Under the pieces are notes generated by a model. That model made no database searches and was not told the origin of the DNA. It saw only the letters and a program-made list of their open reading frames with translations. Made by a program: the position numbers and the translations under genes. 64,000 nucleotides of DNA from Haliotis cracherodii (Eukaryota): assembly GCF_022045235.1 (NCBI RefSeq), contig NW_027266286.1, positions 63,426,001 through 63,490,000 on the forward strand, given 5' to 3'. This document shows positions 31,006-45,160 of this stretch, piece after piece (the stretch's first letter is position 1; the number at the start of each line of letters is the position of its first letter).

Positions 31006-31650
31006 AAACGCTGGTGATGGCAAAAATAGATCCAATATATGTTCAATATATGAAGGACAACTATAAAGCTGACTAGGTAAGTGACTTCACGGCAGGGTTT
31101 TATGATGCTAGAGCATGGGCTGAATTGTTTGCTGCTTCTGAAGCTAAGTATGTTGATATTATGTGAGTGAATGAGTGACTGCTAATGTTGTGTTATTTCA
31201 TCCTTTTAAACAATATAATTTGGACTAGGCAAACCAGTGGTTGATAGCATGAGCAATGATCCATGTCACCACGGAATACATACAAGTGACGATGAGCATT
31301 ATCTGTGGTTTGCATAACCCTTAGTGAGTGAGCGAGTGAGTGAGTGAGTGAGTGCATGATGCTACAAACACAATCTGATTGATACATTGCAAAGGAAACA
31401 TTGCGCAACACATTTATGATATATCATATTTAAATAATATGCAATTATATTTAATTATGAAATATAAAAAAGTGAGTGAGTGAGTTGGCCGGCTGGTACA
31501 CATGACCGTATCATTTATAGACAAATAAGCATGCCCAGATAACACCAAACAAAAATAAGCACTGAAATCCAAAGACGGACCTGCACCCTGGCCAGCATTT
31601 TTCCCCGTTTGAATGGTTCCACTCTCTGTATCTACAGGTCAAGCCCAACC
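31006..31650 (+). pseudogene. Decayed third alpha-L-fucosidase copy (exon 1 3-prime half and exon 3 relics)
   Basis: 31006-31150 matches about 1517-1680, including the GCTAA|GTATG donor, with stops and deletions. 31558-31650 matches exon 3 (2343-2432) with indels. Confidence 0.85.
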
Positions 31651-32759
31651 CGTGTCATGGTCACATCACACATAGTTCACCACAAAATCACCACCATGAT
31701 CTTGACCCAAATTACAATAGCTGATAAATGAAATGATTACAATCACAACTTAACAACAATACATGTTACCACTTTTTGAAATGGCTGACGTTCTTGCTGG
31801 ATACCCTTCCTCGCCTTTATGGTAAATATCCCAGATAATGCTTTACACATGGAAGAAACGCCAGAAGTTCGCTATAAACCCAACTGGGCTTTACTATACA
31901 GTGTAGATCCCATAATAACTAAACTAATAAACCCTTACATTTTCAACAGACGTCCCACCACAGTCAAGCATCCTAATCAGTTGTTAGGAATATTGCATAT
32001 CTTGCCAAATGCCGCAGCGCATGCTCGCGGCGGGAATCATACCACTTCTTTCCAATAAACTACATCCATAAATTGCAGATATTTTGGGGAGGTAAGAGGA
32101 ATTACCTCTTGATGTAATATTTGTTGTATTCTTAGAATTATACACAATGAAACTGATAATGATAATTACTTCGAATACCTTACCTCTATTACATCATAGC
32201 CAGAATACACCAGAGGTTTTGGTTGGACATAGCATACAGTAATCAAGGGTAGCTGATAGGTTTTGACATACATGTGCAAACAGAAACATTTTATAAAAAC
32301 ACACAATATCTTGATACGCGCACTGTAAATACTGTAATATTGACATTTCCAAGACGTCACTTCCGGTCTATGATGTCACTTCTGATTGTGTCGATGTCAC
32401 TTTCGTTTCTATTAATGATCCTGTTCTGGTAACCTGACGTCACTTCCAGTTGCACTGACGTCACACGAATTAATGACGACCTCATGCTGTCGTTACTCTG
32501 TTGAACCGTAGGTCACGTTCAGAAAATGTGGACCAGCGGTAAACCTCTCATCTGCCCCACCCCAGGCCGATCTAATGATCAAAGGTCAAATTACCTCATT
32601 AGGTTGTAGTCATTACAATCCTTACCCCAAACCATGGCTACTGGGAAACTAACTATAACCTGGACAGCCCCTAGAGGTCCCAGGAAGTGTAGCCCCTCTG
32701 AACGTGGATATATCTCACGCAGACAGAAATTTGTAAATGAATTTTGGGACCTCCACTAA

Positions 32760-33260
32760 CCGCAAGCAACGACTAGTTCGACGGAACCTGCCTTCCATGA
32801 CGTTAAGGGTGTTGATGAGGTGCGAATCACATGAGTGATGCCTCTCAAATGCGGTGTGTGGGTGAGGGAGAGAAAGTCGATGGCATGCAGCTCTGACACC
32901 TTAGCTACGATTGCCATAGCAAGTAGAAAGGTCTTCTTGAAAGCCTTATGCATAAGCTCGTAAGGTGCGGCCATCAAAGCTAATAGTACGTTGGACAAAT
33001 TCCACTTTGTGAATATAGGTGGCATTTTGATTTCCTCCATTTGAAATAACTTAACACACCAGGTGATGGGGGATGAGGCACAAGCCAACCCACAAGCAAG
33101 GGCCTTGCAGTAGCGCTCACACTTGATTGACATACTGACACAATTAATCATAAGCTGGCTACAGGAAACTTATGTCAAAGATTTTTTTAGTAAAAATAAA
33201 CAAAAAGTTGTCCACCTTTGACCCCAGAGATGGCAATGTATAGGATGTAAATTGCAAATG
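32760..33260 (-). mobile_element. DIRS-type retrotransposon tyrosine-recombinase relic
   Basis: KWNLSNVLLALMAAPYE...KKTFLLAMAIVAKVSELHAI resembles the DIRS YR segment W.L..VL..L...P.EP...KT.FL.ALA...RVSELHAL. Truncated. Confidence 0.7.
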
Positions 33261-33262
33261 AC

Positions 33263-33396
33263 NNNNNNNNNNNNNNNNNNNNNNNNNNNNNNNNNNNNNN
33301 NNNNNNNNNNNNNNNNNNNNNNNNNNNNNNNNNNNNNNNNNNNNNNNNNNNNNNNNNNNNNNNNNNNNNNNNNNNNNNNNNNNNNNNNNNNNNNNN
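33263..33396. other. Assembly gap (N run)
   Basis: Directly visible. Confidence 1.
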
Positions 33397-33561
33397 ACGT
33401 TAGTCCATCATCTTCTTTATATCAGTTTCATACATAGTACTTTCGCTGTCTCATGACAGCTCTTCAGTGTAACAGAGTAACAGAGTTGCACTGAAGAGCT
33501 GTCATGAGACAGCGAAAATACTATGTATGAAACTGATATAAAGAAGATGATGGACTAACGT
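33397..33561. repeat. Near-perfect 165-bp palindrome (77-bp arms, 11-nt loop)
   Basis: 33397-33473 is the reverse complement of 33485-33561 with two mismatches. Confidence 0.9.
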
Positions 33562-33695
33562 GGACTTTATTATTTTATTATATATTACATGTACACCGAG
33601 TGAACATTTACCTCATTTTAGTTATAAACAGTCACAATACCCAAATGAAATAGACTGGTCACCGTAACATAAGAAATGGTAAATTCAGTGCAATC

Positions 33696-33847
33696 NNNNN
33701 NNNNNNNNNNNNNNNNNNNNNNNNNNNNNNNNNNNNNNNNNNNNNNNNNNNNNNNNNNNNNNNNNNNNNNNNNNNNNNNNNNNNNNNNNNNNNNNNNNNN
33801 NNNNNNNNNNNNNNNNNNNNNNNNNNNNNNNNNNNNNNNNNNNNNNN
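33696..33847. other. Assembly gap flanked by a ~76-bp inverted repeat (33620-33695 / about 33863-33938)
   Basis: Directly visible. Confidence 0.95.
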
Positions 33848-34548
33848 ATAATAATTACACTTGATTGCACTGAATTTACCATTTCTTATGTTACGGTGAC
33901 CAGTCTATTTCATTTGGGTATTGTGACTGTTTATAACTTGGATGTCCATTTTCATATCAAAGTCATCGCGTCATGATCAAGTATTTTCCTGCAGACTAAA
34001 CTACAAATGCATTATTCAGACACATAGAGGACAATGTATGTGTTCCTATATGTCCTCCATTTTTGAATGCAATATGACACCCACACATTCACAATCTTTG
34101 TCCGTTTCTCTGTTAGCATTTGCCAAGTATTTTAGTAAATCTTGTTACTGTTCGAATTATTAAAGGACATATAGGACAACGTCAGTACCTGGATTGAGGG
34201 CTCATCTGCACCTATAGGGCTATATTTGTCAATGATCTTAGCGTTCGTTTGACATCTGTCAAACTGTCCTCCCAGTCGCTTGGTTTGAACTTATGCTTGT
34301 CCTTAATATTATTATATCAGATATGAGCACACATTTAGTTTGTTCATTTGACCATGCATACTCTCATCTTTCAGATTTAATCTACAACAATAAACAAAAA
34401 TCACCCAAAAGACGTTATATCTATCATTTATTAAAAGACAAATACACATATTACTTTTTTAAATGTACCACCTTTACACAATATGAACTTGAAGCATTCA
34501 CAAGCGTTTCATCTATGAAACAGCTGAAAGGTGCACGATGATGATGCC

Positions 34549-37500
34549 TTAGTTCTGAACGTTGGTGATCTTGAACATCCATGCCCACTTGCATGGCATA
34601 GCATTGGCTGCAATGGCGGGAATGTTGATGTTTATGCCTTGGCCTGAAGCTCTTGTCCAGCTGAACGTTCCTGAGTACCCCATTAGAGTGACCACAGTGT
34701 TGTCACTGGGGTTAGGCCGGGTCAGCTGGAAGACCCCTGTGTTGGGCCAGCTCATAACAGTTGCGTAGATGTCTTTACCTTGTCCCGATGTCTTCGAGGT
34801 GTACCTGAACATGATACAACATTGTAAAGTCATTTGGGATGTTTTTCAGCAGATAGTTAGGAGATAATTCTTTTTTCAAACTCATGGTAGAATGTAAGAC
34901 AATCCTACATTTATATTTTGCTTTTTGGCCTGGAATTTCCCTATGTTATGCTTTATGTGCATGTACGACTATGTGCAAAAATCAAATATTTGTATTTGCA
35001 TTTTTCTAGTAACTCACAATTAGTTAGGAAATTAACATCATGATTTTAGTAAATAGTATGTACCTATTTCAAAAGAAAATATTAAACATCGGATGATGTA
35101 TTGTGTAGTCCATGTGGAGATTTGAGAGTAGCATGATACAAATCCATGCTCTCGGCTTTCCATTTATACATCAGCCATTATCGTATCTATACTGAAATAA
35201 CATTTGAAAATCACATCCTTGTGTAAGTGCTTTGGTACAAAGTGTATGAACTTGTGAATTTGAGCCTAACAATATTAAGAGACAAAACTCTTTTGAAGCC
35301 AGGATTTCATTCTGTCCTAACATTCTTTTTAAATGTTTTAAATCCACACATTGAGGGGCGGTGGGGTAACCTAGTCGTAACCTCGACCCTTTCAGCAGTT
35401 AATAAAAAATATGTATGATTTTTCTCTGTTTAGACAGATTAAAACCATTCAGATCTTGCGAAATATTCACACCTGTTGATAGTGAAGTACAAATGTCACG
35501 TAGCTGCTGTTAAAGTGTTGAAAGTCCAACTCTCCCTGTGATGTACTTGGTAGTCCAAATGACCCTATAGTTAACCCACACTTGAAACTATAAACTTTAC
35601 CACATAAAGACTGACTGGTTTAATGTGAGGCGAAATTAGGAGTTGAACGTCAATACATTGCATACACATAGCGAAATGCATGCACGTGTGTGTATGTTGG
35701 GTGTGTGACCACTTGTACTAGTCTGGACTACTGCCGTTTATGTAGTACTAGCCTACTGAGATACCATGAGGTCTTTTAAAGTCTTTCGGTTACTGGTTTA
35801 ATGTGACATATTTTCAAAATATTTCTATTTGTAGTTTCAATAAAATTGTAGTCTTTGCTTAAACGATATGGATTTACTAACCCTGATTCACTTTATCATG
35901 AGTACCTGTTTATAAGTCACTGTAATGATACCAGGTGTTTGCGAAAATGTGAGTGTATCCAGCCCCACCGGTTAGAAACACTTTCAGAGGCATCGGACAT
36001 CATTTCACAACTGAGATGTAAACAACAAATACTAACCATATTTCGGGTATCACAGTTTCGTTCTGGTAGGTCCAGGGTCTTGTTTCGTAGATGCCTTCAC
36101 CATTTATCTGCAGCCACTCGCCTATCTGCTTCAGCCTTTCCTCAAAGATGGGGCTGATCACCCCATAGGCAGTTGGCCCAATGTTCATGAGTAGATTACC
36201 GTTACAGCTGGAACAGGAGAGGCCTTGATGATCAATTAGGAACACTGTTTGATGGTGAAGAGAGATGGAAAGTTTAATTTATTGAAATGAGATAGTATTC
36301 ATACAGCTGTATGTATTCATATAACACATATTGAAATGTTACATATGTAAGAAAACTTCTTACGATAATGCTGAAGACAGTAGTTGCATTAACACTATTA
36401 TGAGTGCCAGTGGTTTGTAAGATGCTTCAAGACACTCTCAACTGACAATGGTTTGCAAGACAGTGGTTTCAAGAACACTGTTATCTGACAATTGTTTGTA
36501 GGATGCTTCATGACGATGATGAACAGCCTCAAAACAATGGTCAATACACCAGTAAAGAAGGATTCAATTTGAGCTAGGATTGGTGTGAAAACACTGGTTT
36601 ACCTGACAGTTTTAACTAGAGTTTCAATAAGCTCCTCTATAGTCAGGTAGTCTGACAGAGGGGCATTACGTCGGTACCCCCAGGACCGCTTGTCTATTGT
36701 CATGGCATTCACCCACTTGTGTTTCTGCAGAACACCTGAAACAAGAGTCAAAACAGAACGTACGTCATTGGCATAGAGATGGTTATTAGATCCTGTTGGT
36801 ACAGTTTGGTGTGTAGAACCAAGCGAAATACATCTACGTAACTTCGCTGACAATGTTGATGCAGAGGAGAACACAGCTAAACCACTGGAGACCTATAACT
36901 TTATTGAATATACTCAATAAAACAATTAGTACTTGTATTGCAAAACGTATGAAATCAGCATTTGAACTGCTCATTCATTTCTTTCAAGCGGGAATTTTTA
37001 ATGCAAGATTGTTATTTCACATTATCTTTGAACCAAAAAGACAAAATAAACCATGATTACTTCTGCTGATATATTTAGAAAAGGTATTTGATACAGTCTC
37101 ATAAAAATTTATAAACACAGTTTTACAAAACTTGTATTTGGTCCTGAAATGATATGTGGATAAATACACTAACTTGTGATACTACATTAAACAAATGTAA
37201 TATAAATCGAAAATCTAAGAGAGTGTTTTTTTTACAAAAAGAAGAGTCTTTCGACAAGGAGGCCCATTGTCGCCATGTATTTCCTCATAGTAGCTGAGAT
37301 CATGGGATGTATGATTAGAAATGATAATAAGGTTAAAGGGATTATGTTTAATAAGAAAGAATACAAACTTGGGCAGTAATTTGATGATACCAGATTATTT
37401 GTATGTGGTAAAGTTATTTTCAGTTGGACGAGAGCTCGGTCGCCTGACCGCGCAACTGACGTTCCTATGTGTATGAACGACACAATTTGACGTTCATACG

Positions 37501-40500
37501 TTTTTCACAAGACCGTGTTCTTGAAATGACGTAAACACTGACGGACTACTTCCACATCCCTTGGGAAACCCCTTGGAATTCCTTAGCACGAATACGTACA
37601 GAAGCGTTCTTTCTGATCATTTATGCCGTTTAATTTTGAACTCAGCGTTTTAGTATACATTGAGAAACTATAGAGAGTTTGACGGCACGATCTTTCACAA
37701 ATATCCTCGCTACGACCCATCCTAGTGAACAAAACGAAGAAATGCACATCCAAACTATGGTAGTATCGACTCGATCAGTGTCTAGGCTGACAGTGACAGT
37801 CTACAGCAATCTAAATGTATGAGTTTACCTTAGTGTGTATTCGACACAGCTTTTATCACCTTTTAATGATCGGCCAATTGATCAATGATGGCTAAAACAT
37901 GTAACCACCATAGGTTCATTAGCAACTCCCGAAATCTCTCCCATCACGTTTATCGTGTCGGCCATTTTTAAGCCTTGTACTTGATATAAATGTATTACGA
38001 CGCGCTGTCATTGTGAATGACTTACTATGGTAATTCTTAACAGACCTTTCTCATCTAATGGTGATGTTATTTGAATACATTTGTTGCGTAAGATGTTTCT
38101 GAAATTCAAGTTGAGCATCCATACGCTCATGTCACCTCTCATTTTAAGGGACTATTTTATCCCTAGTATTTATAGCTGGTTGTTGTATGGTAGTGTAAAT
38201 ATGAAGTCACACGTAAATATAGAATTGTGTATAGATCTTGTCCTACATCTTTTGAGGTAAGAAACTGTGATAAAAAATTACAAAAATAGACTTTCATTTT
38301 GTGTGGGTTTATTTCATTAAGAACCTTCATAGAGTGAGGGCCAAACATTGTATGAACGTCGGAGCATACTCTAACTCACACAAAGTGAAAGTCAATTCTT
38401 AATTTATATCAAATGAATATAATCTCAAAGTTTAAGAAAAATCGCAATGTATGTAATGAAAACAAATTACTATCTATAGATATATATTCAAGGATGTAAA
38501 TTGTTTAGATTTTTTAATACCGATTTCTACTTCTACTTATATACACAAAGAATGAATTACTAACAATGGAGAAAACAGTGTCTGTAGTTATTGTAATACT
38601 GTAATGAGAACGTCTGCCTAGTCTTTTGGAAATGTACTCCAAGAAAAAAACGCGGATAATCTAGAACGTTTGATTAATAACTATCTTTCACGAAATAATT
38701 AATTGACAAAATATATCATTTGATTTGGTTCAAACTGCTTAAATACTTTAACCAATCATATATTTTTATAGGAGATACTCACATGTATGAATGGAATCAA
38801 AGGAATCAAACCGAAATTAGATATACTTTTAAAACTGCTTGAAAACATACATTCAATAGATACATTTATTGCTATAATAATGAACGACGAAACTTGAATT
38901 AATAATTCTTAACATTTTTTTATGTTTAGCTCTTTGTTAATATAATGTTATGCTTGATTCTGATTTGACTGTTTCTTGAAACCTTTGAAAGTTTGAAATA
39001 TGACATTGTCCGTTTCGAAACCTTAAAGTTTAAAGATTGTATTGTGTCATTCTATTGCAACCCGAAAATATGTCTCGGCTGAATACTGTATCACTGGTTA
39101 TCCAGAGTTATAAAGTAATACAGTATTCAGTCGAGAAATTAAAATTGAAAAAATATACCCGAACCAAACAAGAGATGACATTTTACACTTACCAGGATTG
39201 TATCTGTCTCCACAGGTGTGGACACCTCCATGGGTGCAACTGCACCCAATTCCCCACCGGTCATTGGTCACTACTTTGTCCTTGATTGGGCTGGAATGAA
39301 TACAACTTCATCTTTATTTTGTATAACAATTCGGAGACAGTTAGATATTTCAAGACATCTAAAACTTGTGCCAGGTGACAATGTGATGCAATACATATAT
39401 CTTACCTTGCATTGTTGTAGGTTAGAAATGGATCCCCGTGAAACATGCAAATATGAGAAATCTTATTTGTGGAAATTATTAAGACTAGCTCGATTGTGTT
39501 GTTATTTGTATGGTTTAGAATTCTTAAGGAAAACACGATTGTACACGTTTTTCGACGAGGCTTGGACATTTCAATAGCTATCTTTGAGTTAAGTGTTTGC
39601 GCATTTGAAAATGTTAACTTACAAAGTTTGACATGGTTGTATTGATGATTTAGTTGTTATGATTTCAACATCCTACTGTCTTCAATGCCAGATACTAATC
39701 TTTGTTGATCAGCATGAGCATCTTGTGAAAAGTGAGTAAATATTGTGAAAAGTGAGTAAATATTGTGACAAGTGAGTGAATACTTGCTGTTATGAACAAC
39801 ATAATGCTTATCATTTTGGAGTCTGGGGGCCAATATATTTTGGATTATAATGACGCTTACCTGTCATTATAAAGCCACGTCAAGAATTCCCTGGATCCCC
39901 AGTAGGTGTCTGGGGCCTCCCAGTCTCCGTCAGACCACACAAGGTCAGGCTCGAAGGTGTTGACAATCTCATAAAGCTCAGGCATGATCTTGAACTGAAG
40001 TGATAAAGATGATAATAACATTATTGAAATCACAATCAGGGGGTAGTTAGATGACAGTGCTGCCGACTGATACATGAGGAATACACTTGAGGAATTCGAT
40101 CTCTTTAAAATATTGACGACTCAGTTAGTCTTTAATTGAACAGACTATTTCATAGTATAGACCAAACATTACATCAACAAATCTCCTTGTTGTAAAATTG
40201 TTCTCTTTGTCCTGAAGATAGAGAGGGTGGAACCATTCGTACAGCACATGGTACAGACCGAACCTTAAGTCGGTCTTGGTGCGGACCGCTTTTGCCAACT
40301 CAGCTGAAACAAAAGAACATACGATTGTTAGGGTTTGAAAAGTATTTGTATTAAAACTGGCAACTCATTAGACTTGTTACATTCAAGTTTGCTGTTTCAG
40401 AGTATATGACTATAATTTTACGCCTGGTTTTGACAAAGCTGAGATTCGTGGTTCATTGTACAATGTATCTTAGTAGCATCAGAAGCATGGTATATGGAGT

Positions 40501-42197
40501 GAGTGAGTTTGGTCAGTTTGATTTTGAAGGAAGGTCCCAAAAGATGACGTTCTTAAACGTTTACCATTTTGGTGAAACCTGAAAGCATGGGTTTGGTGCT
40601 GACAAATTTATAAACATGATCACACGAAACCATGAATCGAGCTTACAATCATTGGTTTCTGGAATGCCTTAGGGATGCATCTCTGCACTGCAAATTAAGG
40701 CACTAAGACACCAGGACCACGCAAAGTCCCTGACATATAAGTTAGATGTAGATCTATAGGTACTCTATGGCCCAGAGATTTAATATTAAGCTGTATTCGA
40801 GATGAACACATATTTTCATTTTACAATTATGCTCTATCATGCCATGCCATGGCATGACAACTGCCCTTCATCTCTCTGTTCAATTAAATCATCTGGTTGT
40901 AAATTAATTGTTGGGAAATAATTACAAGGATTAAACTAATTTTAATGACCAAATATGGAAGGTTAAAATAATTTCCAGTATTCATTACCGACAATATTTC
41001 TTTTGGGCCCAGCAACCATTGAATTCCAGCTGAAGGACACATTGCTTGGCCAGTGACAGAAACCCTCGCAGTGTTTACTCACGAACACTGTGTACCTAGA
41101 GTGACCACACCATAAGAGTGAGTGAGTGAGTGAGTGAGTGAGTGAGTGAGTGAGTATTACTTAACACTGATAGCATTATGACGTGTGTTGGATATGTGCT
41201 GTTTGACAAGAATTACAAAAACAGGTAAACGGAAAATTATTATTTAATTTGAACACTGACGAATATGTACATTCCATGAAAATCAGATTATTATTATATT
41301 ATTCATCTATATACTGCGCTTATCTAGGTACTAGTATCCGCTCAAATGCGGTTTATTTGTTCCGAACAAGTCGATCCGTATGCATGGCCTTGTTTTTGGG
41401 GTATGAACGTGTACATGTTTCCACAATTTGGCCATCTACCATTTAATGAGTTGGTTCTTTTGAGAGTTTATGGTGAAAGTGCTGTACGCTAGGGGCAGTG
41501 ACAACACCGTAAAGACCTGTAAACATTGTTGGTCCATAGGCTAAATACCAGCCTGGTCACTAGCGGGATACGATCTTAACAATTGGCGCTTGCTGTCCAG
41601 GCAATTTAGACGCTTGCCCATTATTGTTTCATGATGGCTTATAAAACCAGTATATGAACAATACTGAGAGCATGAGTCTGAGGAGTTACAAAGGGTTACT
41701 TTGAGTTTTACTGATACAGACAGTATAGTTGTCAGTTTAACATATATACTAAGGCAATGAAACAATATACCGATAGATATTTTCATTCCTATATAAATAA
41801 ATCGAGATTGACAGATAAATGCATTGCTTTTTAATTAAGAACAATATACCTACTTGGCACCTGAAGATTCCAAAATTCTAGCCCATTCATCAGCATCAAA
41901 GAACTCTGCAGTTAGCATTGGAGCAAAGTCAGCATACGTCCAATCTGGTCGAAAGTTCTTCTCCATAAATTCGACAACTTCTGGCACTTTTCGCTTTTGC
42001 CAGAGGTACCAGAACCATTCTGATCCCAGACCTGGCACCGAGAAGATTCCCCAGTGGATGAAGATTCCAAATTTGGCATCATCATACCACGCAGGGAGTG
42101 GTCTTGAATCCAGGGATTCCCATGTAGGCTGGTACTGCCCATACACTGTCAGTACTGTAAGTACTGACAGTATTAGTAGAAATGAGAGAGAAGCCAT
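34549..42197 (-). CDS. FUCA: Alpha-L-fucosidase (GH29) paralog B, 8 exons, 457 aa
   Basis: Exons 42197-41854, 41095-40989, 40303-40173, 39994-39861, 39290-39193, 36735-36603, 36207-36037 and 34804-34549, all GT-AG. Internal exon sizes (107,131,134,98,133,171) are identical to paralog A. 1374-nt open frame with signal peptide, GIFIHWG and LVWSDGDWE. Confidence 0.96.
36870..37400 (+). mobile_element. L1/Tx1-like LINE reverse-transcriptase relic in paralog B intron 5
   Basis: HWRPITLLN...[14 protein letters not shown], a GDPLSP-like segment, [10 protein letters not shown]...KEYKL and DDT, in broken frames. Confidence 0.75.
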
Positions 42198-44494
42198 TTT
42201 GCAGTGACTGTCTATGATGGTTTCAGCTTGTTGTCATTTCAGGTATTTGACAACCTGAGGCGATGATGCTTGTGCTGATTAGATAGGTAGACTAACCTTG
42301 ACGTATCAGTAAGGTCAATAGTTGGTTTTATAACAGGAGTATTTGTCTATTTTATCTAGCTGAAATGATACCAATTAAGTATGTTACAAGTTGTACCTAA
42401 TTGATTCAGTCACTTCAGTCACTAATCCTTTAATTTTCGAGATTTTGGCATGATGGCACAATAGTTGTGTTTTTACCATATATACTCATCTGACATCTGA
42501 CTATACTATGCATGCAGGCTATATAATCCATCAAACCACATGTCTATCCACTTATCTCTACCAGGATTCCAGGATATGAGGTTATGAACCTACCCATGAT
42601 GGATTGGGTTGATTGAGGGTGCCAGTTGTTTTCATACTTAAATGCCCCACATCTCCGAAACATATCAAACACAGTTGGTCTACATAACCAGTTGCTGACA
42701 ACATGTTCTTCACCCATGTACAGGTCAGTCAAGGCTATCACCCAAGGTAAAAGCGATGGTGTAATCGCAAGGGGGCTGATGAAGAATCAGGGTTATCTGC
42801 CCTGGCTAGGCTTAATGTTCAGATGACGTCAGATTCACATTTTAGGGAGGCAGGACGCTATATATTTTTGTTGTTGAAAAGAACTGTGATTCGCAAGGAA
42901 CACATTTGATCTCTTCCCTATTAAGAACACCAACAAACAAAACTGAGTGTACGTTAATCACTGTTCTTTAATCATATGTCAGGTGTCAAGCATGGATATC
43001 ACTCTGCTTCAAATGACGCATGAAATTTGAGACATGGCATATTTCTATTGGCATTAAAATAACTGACAGAGGATTTAATGCAACAAGATGTAGCCCGACA
43101 GAATTTCGTTTTTAGCCAGACACACATTGTTTTAGTAAATTTTCAAGAAATGGATGATTTCAGGAAAATATCATGATGATGATGATGAACGTCTGGTGAT
43201 TGTTATAGTTTATTTTGTTTAAACCATAAGTTTCGTAAAACATAAGACATGAAATAAAATCAAAGTTAGTTTTCCTGTCTGGGATACAGCCATCCCATGA
43301 GGGATCAGTAGAATGAAAAGCAATTGGAACCTATTTTATGTTTCAGGACATTTGGTGGCAATGTGGACCGTTCTAACAGATGGCATGGGTTGGAGCAATA
43401 ACATTATTGTGATTGAGCAGCTTGAACCAAACTTACAAGGACTGCCTCTTTTCTATAATACCCTCTTTATTGCAAGACTTATTAAGGATTCTGTCAGACC
43501 TAAATAAGTGTCAAAAAACGTCAAATCGAAATAGCACCCTTTCATTCCCGACCGACAGAAAAGTCCATAAGCCATGAAAAAGGGTTTGTAGAGTCTTTTC
43601 GAGTAGTTCTTGGGGATCTTTTGATGACGTTAGATATCACAGGGTATTTAAAAAGTGAGCAAATAAGATGTTGATTTGAAATTTGTTTTTGTCTCACGTG
43701 TATCCAGTTCACTCTGTCTGTGGTCAACAAGAATATTTGAATCTACTGTTTCAGCTGGAACTATGGAGAACAAGAGAGAAACTCTTGGAACTTATTCTAT
43801 TTGTTTGAATGAGGTGGAGATATATAGAACGATGTCCAACTCCACCACAGAGATATCCCATGTCAGTTAATGACGCAACATTGACCTTTCTGAAATTGAC
43901 TGACGCAACTAGCCGAATCTTTGTTAAAAAACATCAAGTCCATTTGGAATGTGCAACACATGGGAGGACACAGTAATCAAGTTGGCCAATTTGTGCATGG
44001 ACATCTCATTTCTGGCTCCAAGCAGCTTCCAGTATCATGTGTTCTTCCTCCGATGTCTTCTCCTCGTGGGCTTCGTGTTCTTCCTCCTCTGGGTAGGTCT
44101 GTTTTTGTGCATGATAGACATCCTGGTATGTTGAAGATGGAATATTGAATATTATTTCACATAGAATGGCGTTTTAATATCACCTACCACAACTTGATAT
44201 GTACAACATATATATTAATAACATATTCGAACTTTTGTTCGACCAGAGCAGTGCAATAGACAACAGAGCCATATTCAAGAAAGTCCCTCAGCAGGATGCC
44301 TCAATGCTTCAGACACTGAGAGTACGAACGTGTATTGGTTGGCCTGTCGTGGCGCTATATCATACTGACAGTCCTAATAAAGCTGCAATATCCATTCATT
44401 CAGCCCTCAAAGAGGGTTCCAGCTCAACTGACAGGACGAGGCATCCAACGAAACTAAATATTATTAATCATATTCGTTCCTTTTAGAGTTTCAC

Positions 44495-44735
44495 GGGAGT
44501 TTTAGACTAAGGCGTCGCATTTCGCTTTGCGTAAGGAACCTATGAACGTGGGTTCGACTCCCAGATGCGCTCTGATAACAGTCAGTACCATACCCGTGCA
44601 CGTGGGTTTCAACAAAGTAGTAAACATCCTGTAAATAACCTGCATCACATCAGGCTTTCTTCCTAAATCAAGCCCACACACCGTGACAAAACGGATAAAC
44701 TTGTCGAAATGGCGTTAAACCCAAATCACCCACTC
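44495..44735 (+). mobile_element. Degenerate SINE of the 53061-53343 family
   Basis: CTAAGGCG..., GTGGGTTCGACTCCC, CCATACCCGTGCACGTGGGTTTC and GGCGTTAAACCCAAATCAC. Confidence 0.7.
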
Positions 44736-45125
44736 TTTTTACCTGTACTTAAAATCCTAATCTGAACATTTCTAACGCATAGCCAGTTACGGGGAAGCAT
44801 GTAGGTCCTGCGCTGGTCGTTGGAGTGGAGTTAAATGACGACAGAAGTAGTTACTTTGTGTGTCCTGGCTGTATGCTTGTCAGCGTATTCTGACAGCGTT
44901 TGAGTGTTTGTACTGTCAACTACAAGTTTGCCTACCAGTGCCGCTGCAGCCGTTACATGAAACAAAACACCCCCAATCAAACGCCAACAAAATGAATGTA
45001 TGCATCAGTTTATATTTTCGAGGCATCATTTCAATTTAGAAACTGCCGACTATAAATAGCGTGCAACATTAGACGAGAATCGGGCATTTGGGCTGAAATG
45101 TCTTCCGGGGAAAATAAAATGAGGA

Positions 45126-45160
<35 letters not shown>

